From Pelagibacteraceae bacterium (lineage in GTDB: Bacteria > Pseudomonadota > Alphaproteobacteria > Pelagibacterales > Pelagibacteraceae), in NCBI GenBank assembly GCA_038110645.1, contig JAYNJZ010000001.1:1-44529 (forward strand): a DNA stretch of 44,529 nt, read 5' to 3'. Each line of letters opens with the position of its first letter. Within the stretch, counting starts at the first letter, position 1. This document shows, piece after piece, positions 1-9,135 of the stretch. The notes under the pieces were generated by a model that saw only the letters and a list, made by a program, of their open reading frames with translations, did no database searches and had not been told where the DNA came from. A program made the translations under genes and the position numbers.

Positions 1-713
1 TAATTTTAGCTGTTGGAGCGGTTTATTATTTTAAAACTAAAAGTTTATGGATGGTATTCATTGGTTCAGGGGTAACCCTTTATGGAATGTTTATGTGGTT
101 TAGAGATGTGATAAATGAAGCTGAACACAAAGGAGACCATACCCCCGTTGTTCAAATTGGGATGAGATATGGAATGGTATTATTTATTATTTCAGAAGTC
201 ATGTTTTTTGTTGCTTGGTTTTGGGCATATTTTGATGCTAGCTTATATCCAGATGCTGTGGGAGGATCTGTTTGGCCTCCTAAAGGAATTGAAACATTGG
301 ATCCTTGGCATATTCCTTTAATCAATACTTTAATTTTATTATTATCAGGCACGACAGTAACATGGGCACACCATGCATTGCTCGAAAATGATAGAAAAAG
401 TTTAATCCAGGGATTAATTTTAACTGTTATTCTTGGAGCAATTTTCACGTTATTTCAAGCTTATGAATATATGCATGCTACCTTTAAAATATCATCAGGT
501 ATTTACGGAGCTACTTTTTATATGGCAACTGGTTTTCATGGTTTCCATGTTTTAGTAGGCACATTGTTTTTACTAGTATGTTTATTTAGAGCTAGAGCTG
601 GGCACTATAAACCTGAGCATCATTTTGGCTTTGAAGCGGCAGCTTGGTATTGGCATTTTGTCGATGTAGTATGGCTATTCTTATTTGCAGCAATATACAT
701 TTGGGGCAGCTAA
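1..713 (+). CDS. coxC: Cytochrome c oxidase subunit III (5'-truncated by window edge)
   Basis: COX3 motifs [43 protein letters not shown]. The frame stays open from position 3 to the ORF-track ATG at 51, so the true start is outside the window. Confidence 0.98.
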   Translation, partial: ILAVGAVYYFKTKSLWMVFIGSGVTLYGMFMWFRDVINEAEHKGDHTPVVQIGMRYGMVLFIISEVMFFVAWFWAYFDASLYPDAVGGSVWPPKGIETLDPWHIPLINTLILLLSGTTVTWAHHALLENDRKSLIQGLILTVILGAIFTLFQAYEYMHATFKISSGIYGATFYMATGFHGFHVLVGTLFLLVCLFRARAGHYKPEHHFGFEAAAWYWHFVDVVWLFLFAAIYIWGS

Positions 714-719
714 GATATT

Positions 720-1358
720 CTGAAGTCAAAACTTTTTAATTTATTTACTTTTTTTATAATATTAGTTCTTTTTTCATTAGGATCTTGGCAAGTTTATCGA
801 CTTCAGTGGAAGAATGAATTGATTAGTGAAATATCAAAATCTTATAAAAAAAAACCAAATGATTTTAATATTAATGCGCAACTATATTCAAAAGTTAAAA
901 TTAAAGGAAAAATAATATCCCATCCTATCTTTGTATATACACTTGGCAGCAGAGGACAATATGGATATGATGTTTATCTTCCAATTGAAACTGAAAGTTC
1001 TGTTTTGTTATCGAGAGTAGGCTGGATAGAAAAAAAATTTTTACTAAAAAATAAAGAAATGAATTCTAAAGTAGAATTTAATGCCATTTTATTAAAACCA
1101 AAAAGAAAAAATATTTTTACCCCTGAAAATTCAAATAATTTGATTTTTTTTCTCGATATGAAAATGTTAGAATTGAATTTTAAAAAAGAGCTATTTCCAT
1201 TAATTGCAGAAAACAATTCAAATCTGTTAAATAATTATAATTTAAAAAAGCCTGAAAAAATTAAACTACCCAATAATCATTTACAATATGCGTTAACTTG
1301 GTACAGTTTATGTTTTGTTATTATTATCGCTTTTTTAATATATAAAAGAAAAATATGA
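720..1358 (+). CDS. SURF1/Shy1-family cytochrome oxidase assembly protein (probable CTG start at 720)
   Basis: In frame and upstream of the track's TTG (819) are a hydrophobic helix and the SURF1 motif LGSWQVYRLQWK (from 777). C-terminal NNHLQYALTWY motif is present. Sits between cox3 and thrC as in other alphaproteobacteria. Start position is inferred. Confidence 0.9.
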   Translation: MKSKLFNLFTFFIILVLFSLGSWQVYRLQWKNELISEISKSYKKKPNDFNINAQLYSKVKIKGKIISHPIFVYTLGSRGQYGYDVYLPIETESSVLLSRVGWIEKKFLLKNKEMNSKVEFNAILLKPKRKNIFTPENSNNLIFFLDMKMLELNFKKELFPLIAENNSNLLNNYNLKKPEKIKLPNNHLQYALTWYSLCFVIIIAFLIYKRKI

Positions 1359-2743
1359 ATTATTTTAGTTCAAGAAATAAAAATTTAAATTTATCATTTA
1401 AAGATATTTTCTTCAAGGGCCTCTCAAAAGACGGTGGTTTATTTTTACCAAATAGTATGCCTAAACTTTCATCTAATGATTTAAAGGAATTTGAAAAATT
1501 TAACTTTCAGGAAATGAGTTTTAAAATTTTTAAATTATTTATAGGAAATACATTTAAGGAAAATGATTTAAAAAATATAATTAATAAAGCTTACTCAAAT
1601 TTCAGAAATCCAAAAATTGTAGATATTAAAAAATTAGACCATATTTCTTACGTACAATTATATCATGGACCTACATTGGCCTTCAAAGATATTGCTATGC
1701 AAGTTTTGGGTGAAATGTATGAATTTTTGTTAAGAGATAGCAATAAGCAAATTAATCTTATAACAGCAACGTCAGGGGACACAGGAGCCGCAGCAATCGA
1801 TGCTGTTAAAGGAAAAAAAAATATTAATATTTTTGTTTTGCATCCACATAATAAAATTTCAAGTGTACAGAGAAAAATAATGACGACTTATGACTCAAAA
1901 AACGTTTTTAATATTGCAATCAAGGGAAGCTTTGATGATTGTCAAAAAATAGTTAAAGAAATGTTTGTGGATGAAGTTTTTTCTAATAAAATAAATATGT
2001 CTGGAGTAAATTCAATTAACTGGGCAAGAATAATTGCTCAAATAGTCTATTATTTTTATATTTTTTATAAATTCAACGATAGTAAAAAACCAATTATTGT
2101 TTCTGTTCCTACAGGTAATTTTGGAGATATTTATGCTGGTTATGTCGCAAAACAAATGGGTCTGAGTATTGAAGAACTTATAGTTGCAACAAACCAAAAT
2201 AATATTTTGGAAAGATGTATAAAAACAGGTGAGTATAAGCCTTTACATGTTGTTGAAACTATTTCACCAAGTATGGACATTCAATTAGCTAGCAATTTTG
2301 AAAGAATTCTTTTTTACTTATGCAATGAAGATTCAGATCATTTGAATCAAATGATGATCAATTTAAAAGAAAAAGGACAGCTAAATCTTAATAAAAAACA
2401 ATTAGAGATTTTACAAAAAAATTTTTCAGCTACTAGTTGTAGTGAGAGTGAAACTTTAAGTATCATAAAAGAAATTTATACAAAGCACCAATATATTATT
2501 GACCCTCATACAGCGACTGCAGTTAAACCTCTTGTGCAAGATAAATATAAAAATAAGGTATGTTTTTGCTTTGAAACAGCACATCCTTCAAAATTTCCAA
2601 ATGCAATAGCAAAAGCAATTAATAAAGATTCAGATTTACCTGAAGAATTTAAAAAAATTGAAATGAAACAAGAAAAATTTGATATTTTAGAAAATAAAAC
2701 TGGAGTAGTTAAAGAATTTATTCTTCAAAAAGTTTTAAATTAA
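1355..2743 (+). CDS. thrC: Threonine synthase
   Basis: DGGLFLP, PLP-lysine motif HGPTLAFKD, ATSGDTG, NSINWARI, VPTGNFG, SPSMDI, DPHTA, TAHPSKF. Confidence 0.98.
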   Translation: MNYFSSRNKNLNLSFKDIFFKGLSKDGGLFLPNSMPKLSSNDLKEFEKFNFQEMSFKIFKLFIGNTFKENDLKNIINKAYSNFRNPKIVDIKKLDHISYVQLYHGPTLAFKDIAMQVLGEMYEFLLRDSNKQINLITATSGDTGAAAIDAVKGKKNINIFVLHPHNKISSVQRKIMTTYDSKNVFNIAIKGSFDDCQKIVKEMFVDEVFSNKINMSGVNSINWARIIAQIVYYFYIFYKFNDSKKPIIVSVPTGNFGDIYAGYVAKQMGLSIEELIVATNQNNILERCIKTGEYKPLHVVETISPSMDIQLASNFERILFYLCNEDSDHLNQMMINLKEKGQLNLNKKQLEILQKNFSATSCSESETLSIIKEIYTKHQYIIDPHTATAVKPLVQDKYKNKVCFCFETAHPSKFPNAIAKAINKDSDLPEEFKKIEMKQEKFDILENKTGVVKEFILQKVLN

Positions 2744-3153
2744 ATTTTAGATCTTGCTAATAAATCTGCCATATTATTATATTCATTATCAGCATGACCT
2801 TTAACCCAGTTCCAATATATTTTTTTTTTTTGATTTAATTGATCTAAATCTTGCCAAAGATCTTTATTTTTAACATCTTGCTTGTTGGCTGTTTTCCAAC
2901 CATTTTTTTTCCAATTAACAATCCACTGTTCAATTCCATCTTTCGTATATTTAGAGTCAGTATAAATTTCTATAGCTTCTGCTTTTACATATCGTAAAGC
3001 TGAAATAACAGCAGTAAGTTCCATTCTATTATTTGTTGTATTGTCAGATGCACCAGAAATTTTTTCAATTTTTTCTCCATTAATAATAATAGCCGCCCAT
3101 CCACCGCGTCCAGGGTTTCCAGAACAAGCACCATCGGTATAGATTTTAATCAT
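2740..3153 (-). CDS. rnhA: Ribonuclease HI
   Basis: IYTDGACSGNPG, TTNNRMEL, YTDSKY, WKKNGWKTA, WVKGH..N..AD; catalytic acidic residues present. Confidence 0.98.
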   Translation of the reverse strand: MIKIYTDGACSGNPGRGGWAAIIINGEKIEKISGASDNTTNNRMELTAVISALRYVKAEAIEIYTDSKYTKDGIEQWIVNWKKNGWKTANKQDVKNKDLWQDLDQLNQKKKIYWNWVKGHADNEYNNMADLLARSKI

Positions 3154-4087
3154 ATAATTTATTTTCTAAATTTTTATAAAAATAATTCATTTTAAACAAA
3201 TATTCTGAAGGGTCCTTTTTATTAATATCAGCATTTTTTGGTGTATTTTTTTGATCATATAATCTAGTTACAAAAAAACGTATTGCAGCCCCTAAGCATA
3301 AAACATTTAAATATTTAAATTCTGAATTTTTTATTTTTTTAATCGATTGATATCCATGAAACAATTTTCGAACTTTAACTTTATTCAACTTATTTTTACT
3401 AAAACATAATGCGTTTATGCATACTGCCAATTCATATAAATAGGCTTCATTGCAAGAAAAATAAAAGTCAATAAAGCCAGAAAATTTTTTATTTTTAAAA
3501 AAAATATTATCAGGAAATAAATCTGCATGAATAATTCCATTCGATAAATTATTTAAATTATATTTATTATATGTATTTAAAAATTTCTTTAGTTTCGAGG
3601 TATATAAGGGATATTTTTTTTTTGTTTTTTTATAAATTTTAAACCATATTTTTTTATTTAAAGTATTTTTTCTTTTAATTTTTAATTTGGATGCAATTTT
3701 ATGAAATTTTGCAATTTGTTTTCCAATATTATAACAATCAGCATTATTCAGATTTTTTTTTGATTTACCTTCTAAAAAGCTGACTATTATTGCAGGCTTA
3801 CTCTTTATTTTAAATATAGCTTTATCCTGAGTATTCTTGATTGGCTTAGGACATTTAAATCCTTTTTTATTCATAAAATCCATTAATCTAACAAAAAAAG
3901 GAACATCTTTACTTCTTACTCTTTTTTCAAAAATAGTAAGAATAACCTTCTTCTTTTTTGTTTGTATGAAATAGTTTGTATTTTCGATACCTTCTTTAAT
4001 TCCATGAAATTTTATTAAAGGGCCTAATTTATAATTAGTTAAAATATTTTTTATTTCATTTTTTTTAAGTTTTGTAAAAACAGCCAT
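3146..4087 (-). CDS. thrB: Homoserine kinase, type II (phosphotransferase fold)
   Basis: MAVFT start, GIENTNY, LTIFEKR, IHADLFPDN, GFIDFYF, RFFVTRLYD, KDP; adjacent to rnhA as in alphaproteobacteria. Confidence 0.95.
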   Translation of the reverse strand: MAVFTKLKKNEIKNILTNYKLGPLIKFHGIKEGIENTNYFIQTKKKKVILTIFEKRVRSKDVPFFVRLMDFMNKKGFKCPKPIKNTQDKAIFKIKSKPAIIVSFLEGKSKKNLNNADCYNIGKQIAKFHKIASKLKIKRKNTLNKKIWFKIYKKTKKKYPLYTSKLKKFLNTYNKYNLNNLSNGIIHADLFPDNIFFKNKKFSGFIDFYFSCNEAYLYELAVCINALCFSKNKLNKVKVRKLFHGYQSIKKIKNSEFKYLNVLCLGAAIRFFVTRLYDQKNTPKNADINKKDPSEYLFKMNYFYKNLENKLYD

Positions 4088-4121
4088 TTTTTATTTTACA
4101 TTTTTATTTTTTAGAATAGGT

Positions 4122-4364
4122 ATGTATAAACTGATGGATAAAAAAGTTAAACAACCTATTAAAGTATCCCTTGATAAAGATAGAGTATATTTTTGGTGCA
4201 CATGTGGACTTTCAGAGAAACAACCAATGTGTGATGGATCTCATAAAGGAAAATCTGAAAAAAAATCTCAAAGCTTTAGGGTAGAAGATACTAAAGATTA
4301 CTATCTGTGCACATGTAAAATGACTAAAAACCCGCCGCATTGCGATGGCTCGCATAACACGTAA
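4122..4364 (+). CDS. Tandem CDGSH iron-sulfur domain protein (MiNT/CISD3-like)
   Basis: Two motifs, WCTCGLSEKQPMCDGSH and LCTCKMTKNPPHCDGSH. Alternative ATG at 4134. Confidence 0.93.
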   Translation: MYKLMDKKVKQPIKVSLDKDRVYFWCTCGLSEKQPMCDGSHKGKSEKKSQSFRVEDTKDYYLCTCKMTKNPPHCDGSHNT

Positions 4365-4380
4365 ACTAGTTTACGTTTTT
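4359..4380 (+). terminator. Perfect 18-bp palindrome across the convergent CDGSH/atpF stop codons; candidate intrinsic terminator
   Basis: ACGTAAACTAGTTTACGT (4359-4376) is self-complementary (7-bp stem, CTAG loop) and is followed by TTTT on the + strand. The stem is AT-rich and therefore weak. Confidence 0.5.
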
Positions 4381-4857
4381 AAGTTTCTCAATAGATTGCT
4401 TAAGTTTTAAAAGGTTTACTTCCTCTTGTTTTTTGCCATCTAAATTTTCTGTGATTGCTTTTTCTAAGGTTTCCAAAGCAACTTGGGTGGCGATTTTTTT
4501 AACTTGATTTATAGCATCATCTTTGGCTTGATCGATTTTGCTTCTAGCAGCCTTTTCTTTATTTTCTAAAGATTGTTTCATTTTTTCTAATGACGCAGCA
4601 ATTTCACTTTCACTAATTTGTTTTGCTTTTGCTAAAATATCAATATTTTCATTTTCTGACTTTTCTAATTTGCTTTTAGCATCACCAAGAAGTTTTTCAC
4701 TACTAGACTTAAGTTTTTCAGCCTCATCGATTTTAGTTTTTAATTGAGAAATTTTTTCATCAATTTGATTTAGAATTATTTGTGGAACTTTTTTATACAA
4801 AAGTAAAACAATAAAAAGAAGAAAAGAAATTGCGACCCAAAAAGTTGCATCAAACAT
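4366..4857 (-). CDS. atpF: ATP synthase F0 subunit b
   Basis: DATFWVAISF N-terminal TM helix followed by a long charged coiled coil; last gene of the F0 operon. Confidence 0.93.
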   Translation of the reverse strand: MFDATFWVAISFLLFIVLLLYKKVPQIILNQIDEKISQLKTKIDEAEKLKSSSEKLLGDAKSKLEKSENENIDILAKAKQISESEIAASLEKMKQSLENKEKAARSKIDQAKDDAINQVKKIATQVALETLEKAITENLDGKKQEEVNLLKLKQSIEKLKNVN

Positions 4858-5430
4858 TTAATTTAGATCTCCTATTTTTTTTTTACTGATTTCATCAATT
4901 TTTTTTGTAATTATACTTTGGTCGATAGTATCTTTAAGAGATAAATTTATCAGAAGTTCTTCCGAGACCGAACTGGCAATAGCTTTGATTTGATTGATTG
5001 AACCTGATTTCAAATCCCTAATTTCATTTTCCGCTTTTTGGGAAAGGTTTAATATTTTATCATCTAATTCTTTCTTTTTCTTATCAAACTCAGAATTTAA
5101 TTTTTTTCTTTCACTAGTAATAATTTCTTGCGCTTCTTTTTTTGAGCTTAAAATAAATTCTTCATATTCTTTATTCAATTTTTCAGTTTGTATTGATATT
5201 TTATTAGCTTCATCTATCAAATCACTGATATAATCATTTCGTTGTTCAATACTTTCAGACAACCTTGGATAAACAATTTTAGAAATAATTAGGTATAAAA
5301 ATCCAAAAGTAAGGATTAACCAAAAAATTTGAGGTACCCAGCTTTGTGGATCAAGCTGGGGCATACCACCACTTTCAGCAGCATACGCTGCTGAAGATGT
5401 AAAAATAAAAATAATTAAGGGCCTTAGCAT
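4858..5430 (-). CDS. ATP synthase F0 subunit b'
   Basis: GGMPQLD..W..QIFWL motif typical of alphaproteobacterial b'; lies between atpE and atpF. Confidence 0.93.
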   Translation of the reverse strand: MLRPLIIFIFTSSAAYAAESGGMPQLDPQSWVPQIFWLILTFGFLYLIISKIVYPRLSESIEQRNDYISDLIDEANKISIQTEKLNKEYEEFILSSKKEAQEIITSERKKLNSEFDKKKKELDDKILNLSQKAENEIRDLKSGSINQIKAIASSVSEELLINLSLKDTIDQSIITKKIDEISKKKIGDLN

Positions 5431-5440
5431 TAAAAATTAT

Positions 5441-5668
5441 TTAAAATGCAAATAAAATAATTAATGCAACAACCAATCCAAATAATCCAGTTGCTTCTGC
5501 TAAAGCGAAACCTAGTAATAGATTTGGAAATTGTTTTTGAGCCGCTGATGGATTTCTAATTGCTGCAGATAGGTAATTACCAAAAATAGTACCAATACCT
5601 ACACCTGCTCCAGCTAATGCTATTGCGGCTAGACCTGCTCCAATTAATTTTGCTGCTGCTACTTCCAT
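5441..5668 (-). CDS. atpE: ATP synthase F0 subunit c
   Basis: GAGVGIG glycine stripe, RNP loop, FALAEATG with the proton-binding Glu. Confidence 0.99.
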   Translation of the reverse strand: MEVAAAKLIGAGLAAIALAGAGVGIGTIFGNYLSAAIRNPSAAQKQFPNLLLGFALAEATGLFGLVVALIILFAF

Positions 5669-5673
5669 TTTTT

Positions 5674-5680
5674 CCTCCTT
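5674..5680 (-). promoter_or_regulatory. Strong Shine-Dalgarno sequence of atpE
   Basis: AAGGAGG ends 5 nt before the atpE ATG; the clearest SD I noticed in the window. Confidence 0.85.
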
Positions 5681-5682
5681 TG

Positions 5683-6414
5683 TTAATGATGTAAATTTAA
5701 TGCATCATTTAAATAGATGCATGTTAAAATTGCAAAAACATAAGCTTGAAGAAAAGCAACAAGTATCTCCAAACCAGTTAATGCAACAGAAAAACCTAAT
5801 GGTAACCAACCTCCAACTATACCAAGACTAATTACAAACCCTCCAAAAACTTTAAGCATTGTATGTCCAGCCATCATATTTGCAAAAAGTCTAACTGATA
5901 AACTTACAGGTCTACTTAAATAAGAAATCACCTCAATAATTACTATTATTGGCATTAAAACCACTGGTACTCCAGATGGAACAAATAGTTTTAGATACCC
6001 AAAACCATGTTTGACAAATCCAATAATTGTAACCCCTATAAAAATAAAAATTGCTAAAGCAAAAGTAACAATTATATGACTGGTCACTGTAAATGAGTAT
6101 GGAATCATTCCAATCATGTTACAAAATAATACAAAAAGAAATAATGTTAGAATAAATGGAAAATAAGGTCTTGCTTTTGACCCGGCTGTTTCAGAAATCA
6201 TTTTTGCGACAAATTCATAAGCCATTTCCGAGAGAAGTTGCAATCTAGACGGAACAAGTGATTTTTTCTGTGTTGCTAAAACAAAAAATATCGAAATAAA
6301 TGCTACTGTAATAACCATAAATAAACTTGCATTAGTGAATGAAACATCGAAATTTCCAATTTCGATTTTAGGTCCAATTGTTTTGACCTCGAACTGTTGC
6401 ATTGGATTTGCCAT
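5683..6414 (-). CDS. atpB: ATP synthase F0 subunit a
   Basis: VPSRLQ, RPVSLSVRLFANMMAGH (essential Arg), LEILVAFLQAYVFAIL. Confidence 0.99.
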   Translation of the reverse strand: MANPMQQFEVKTIGPKIEIGNFDVSFTNASLFMVITVAFISIFFVLATQKKSLVPSRLQLLSEMAYEFVAKMISETAGSKARPYFPFILTLFLFVLFCNMIGMIPYSFTVTSHIIVTFALAIFIFIGVTIIGFVKHGFGYLKLFVPSGVPVVLMPIIVIIEVISYLSRPVSLSVRLFANMMAGHTMLKVFGGFVISLGIVGGWLPLGFSVALTGLEILVAFLQAYVFAILTCIYLNDALNLHH

Positions 6415-6419
6415 AAAAA

Positions 6420-6692
6420 CTAGTCTTTATTAATCATTTTAGACGATCGTACAACATTTAATATTCCCGCAACTGAACCTATGATAAAAAAAATTAGTAT
6501 AAAAATTGGCGTAGTTTCAAGCCATTTATCGATATAAAAACCAATTAAGCTTGCGACAAAAACAGCAGCAACGAATTCAGTTCCCATTTTCATTGCAACC
6601 CCCAAGGGACTCACATTCTTTTTTTCAAACTCTTCTTTTTCAATCTCAGATTTAATTTTTTTTACCTTATCTTTTATTTCCTTAAGTTCCAT
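6420..6692 (-). CDS. atpI: ATP synthase protein I (AtpZ/AtpI family)
   Basis: EFVAAV..G..IDKWL.T.P pattern with two TM helices; first gene of the F0 operon. ATG at 6692 preferred over TTG at 6710. Confidence 0.88.
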   Translation of the reverse strand: MELKEIKDKVKKIKSEIEKEEFEKKNVSPLGVAMKMGTEFVAAVFVASLIGFYIDKWLETTPIFILIFFIIGSVAGILNVVRSSKMINKD

Positions 6693-6702
6693 AGCGAATA
6701 AG

Positions 6703-9132
6703 TTAAGCAACTAACTCTTCTGCTTTATCTAAATTAACCGCAACTAATTGACTGACACCTCTCTCAGCCATTGTAACACCATACAATCTATTCATTTTCG
6801 ACATTGTTAATGCATGGTGCGTAATTATTAAAAATTTAGTATCATTAATACTAGTCAGTTCTTCTAAGAGATTATTAAATCTTGTGACGTTAGCATCATC
6901 TAATGGAGCATCCACTTCATCAAGTACACAAATTGGAGCTGGATTTATTAAGAAAACCGCAAATATTAAAGCAAGAGCTGTTAATGCTTGTTCTCCACCA
7001 GATAATAAAGTAATAGATTGTAATTTTTTTCCAGGGGGGCTGACTAATAGCTCCAAACCTGCTTCAAGTGGGTCATCGGATTCAATTAATTCTAACCTAG
7101 CATTTCCACCTGCAAATAATTTTGTATAAACATCGTTAAATTTTCTATTAACTTTTTCAAATGCTTCTAACAATCTTTCCCTGCCTTTTTGATTTAAGTC
7201 ATTAATACTTGATTTTAGTTTTTGAAGACCATGAACTATATCTTTCCTGTCTTCCATCATTTTATTTATTTTATCTTGTAATTCTTTGGTCTCATTATCG
7301 GCTCTCAAGTTCACAGCACCCATAGATTCTCTTTTATTTTTAAGAAGACATAAGTGATTTTGAGCTTCTTCAATTTTTAAGTTATTTAAATTTTCAATTT
7401 TTGAGAAATTAGGAATGCTTTTTAAATCAATATTAAAATCCATTAAACTTTTTTGCTCTAAATCCTTAATCTTCGATTTTAGACCTTCAATAATGGTTTG
7501 AGACCTAACTTTAAATTCGGTTTTTTGAATTGTGTTTTCATTAATTTTTTTTAAATTTGAATTTAATTCTAAAATTTTGTTTTCCTTTGTGATTATATTT
7601 GACTGTATACTTTCCAAATCTTCTTCAATATTTTTTATATTTTGTTGGTACGAACCTCTTTTTTCTGCAATTTGGCGAGGTTTGTCTTCTTCATTTTCAA
7701 GATTAGTTTCTAAGGTGCTTACCTTTTCTTTTAATTGATCTAGTTTATTTGAAGAGTTATCTTTTAGATCGCGCCAATTTTTAATTTCTTTATCAATATT
7801 ATTTAACCTTTCTTTCCTCTTTACTGCTTCTTGTTTTATTAAATCATATTTACCAAATCTGGATGCATATTTTTCTTGAAGACTTTCCATTTCATTAAAA
7901 TTAGTATTAAATTCATTTTTTATTTCTTCTTCATTAAAAACTTCTTTATTTTTAATAAAATTAATTAGTTTATTAAAAAATTTCTTTAAACTTTCCTTGG
8001 CATTGTTTAATTTATTTAAAGACTCTTTGTAATCATCTGTCGCTGTTTTCTCAATTTCATAGTAGTTTTTTTCGATGTTTATTATCTCTTCTCTTTCTTT
8101 AATTAATCTATCTTCATTATTTGTTGAATTGGCAATTATCTCTTTTTCTCTATTGATATCGCTATATGTTAATTTAATATCTTTCTTAATTTTCTCGATT
8201 TCTAATTTTGTTCTTTCTTCATCCTTATGAATTTGATCAAATTCAATTTTTAACTTTTGTTGATTATTATTTAATTCGTTCGCTTTTGTAGAAATAGGTT
8301 TTATTTCATTTTTAAGCTTTTCTATTTCATTTTCGTTGAAGTTTTTTTCTATATTGATTGCACTTATTTCATCTTCAAATTCGTTTAGTTTTTCCTTATT
8401 TTCCTCAATTTCCTTTTCTACTTGATTTGCGTTTAAAAATATTATTCCAGCTTCATATTTTTGAATTTCATCTGAAATCTCCTTATATTTTGAAGCCTCT
8501 TCTGCTTGCTTTACTAAACTTTTAAGTTGATTTTCAGTTTGCTTCATAAGTTCATCTGCTTTTTTTAAATTATTTTCTGCAGCATTTAATCTTAATTCAG
8601 CTTCATGTCTTCTAGCATGCAAACCAGCGATCCCTGCCGCTTCTTCTAAAATAGATCTTCTATCGGTTGGTTTGGCAGTAATTAAAGCTCCAACACGTCC
8701 TTGACTAACCATTGATGGTGAATGAGGCCCGGTGGATAAATCGGCAAATAAAATTTGAACATCTTTCGCTCTAACTTCTTTACCATTAATATAGTACTTA
8801 GAACCTTTGTCTTTTTCCAACTTTCTTTTAATATGAATTTCTGAAATCCCCTTGTATTGATTTTGATTATTATTATTTTCAAGTTTTATTGTTACTTCAC
8901 AAATATTTTTAGAAGGTCTATTAGAAGTACCATTGAAAATAACATCTTCCATACCCGAACCTCTTAAACTTTTAGCTGATGTTTCTCCCATACACCATCT
9001 AAGTGCTTCAACAACATTAGATTTACCACATCCATTAGGCCCAACAATGCCAGTTAAACCTTTTTCAATATAAAAATTTGTCTTATCAGCAAAAGATTTA
9101 AAGCCAGAAATTTCAACTTCTTTAAATTTCAT
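6703..9132 (-). CDS. smc: Chromosome segregation ATPase SMC, unusually short (809 aa), hinge domain not detectable
   Basis: GFKSF, Walker A GPNGCGKSN, SLRGSGMEDVIF, Q-loop VSQG, LEEAAGI, GAVNLRA, signature LSGGE, Walker B/D-loop VLDEVDAPLD, IITH, GVTM..GVS. Confidence 0.95.
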   Translation of the reverse strand: MKFKEVEISGFKSFADKTNFYIEKGLTGIVGPNGCGKSNVVEALRWCMGETSAKSLRGSGMEDVIFNGTSNRPSKNICEVTIKLENNNNQNQYKGISEIHIKRKLEKDKGSKYYINGKEVRAKDVQILFADLSTGPHSPSMVSQGRVGALITAKPTDRRSILEEAAGIAGLHARRHEAELRLNAAENNLKKADELMKQTENQLKSLVKQAEEASKYKEISDEIQKYEAGIIFLNANQVEKEIEENKEKLNEFEDEISAINIEKNFNENEIEKLKNEIKPISTKANELNNNQQKLKIEFDQIHKDEERTKLEIEKIKKDIKLTYSDINREKEIIANSTNNEDRLIKEREEIINIEKNYYEIEKTATDDYKESLNKLNNAKESLKKFFNKLINFIKNKEVFNEEEIKNEFNTNFNEMESLQEKYASRFGKYDLIKQEAVKRKERLNNIDKEIKNWRDLKDNSSNKLDQLKEKVSTLETNLENEEDKPRQIAEKRGSYQQNIKNIEEDLESIQSNIITKENKILELNSNLKKINENTIQKTEFKVRSQTIIEGLKSKIKDLEQKSLMDFNIDLKSIPNFSKIENLNNLKIEEAQNHLCLLKNKRESMGAVNLRADNETKELQDKINKMMEDRKDIVHGLQKLKSSINDLNQKGRERLLEAFEKVNRKFNDVYTKLFAGGNARLELIESDDPLEAGLELLVSPPGKKLQSITLLSGGEQALTALALIFAVFLINPAPICVLDEVDAPLDDANVTRFNNLLEELTSINDTKFLIITHHALTMSKMNRLYGVTMAERGVSQLVAVNLDKAEELVA

Positions 9133-9135
9133 TAG

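Noticed and set aside
2820-2831. Long A/T homopolymers (e.g. in rnhA and near 11270-11282) as phase-variation or frameshift sites
   Set aside because: Reading frames are intact and such runs are expected from Lys/Phe codons at this base composition.
4366-6692. F0 operon without F1 genes, and two b-type subunits
   Set aside because: A split F0/F1 organisation with b and b' is standard in alphaproteobacteria.
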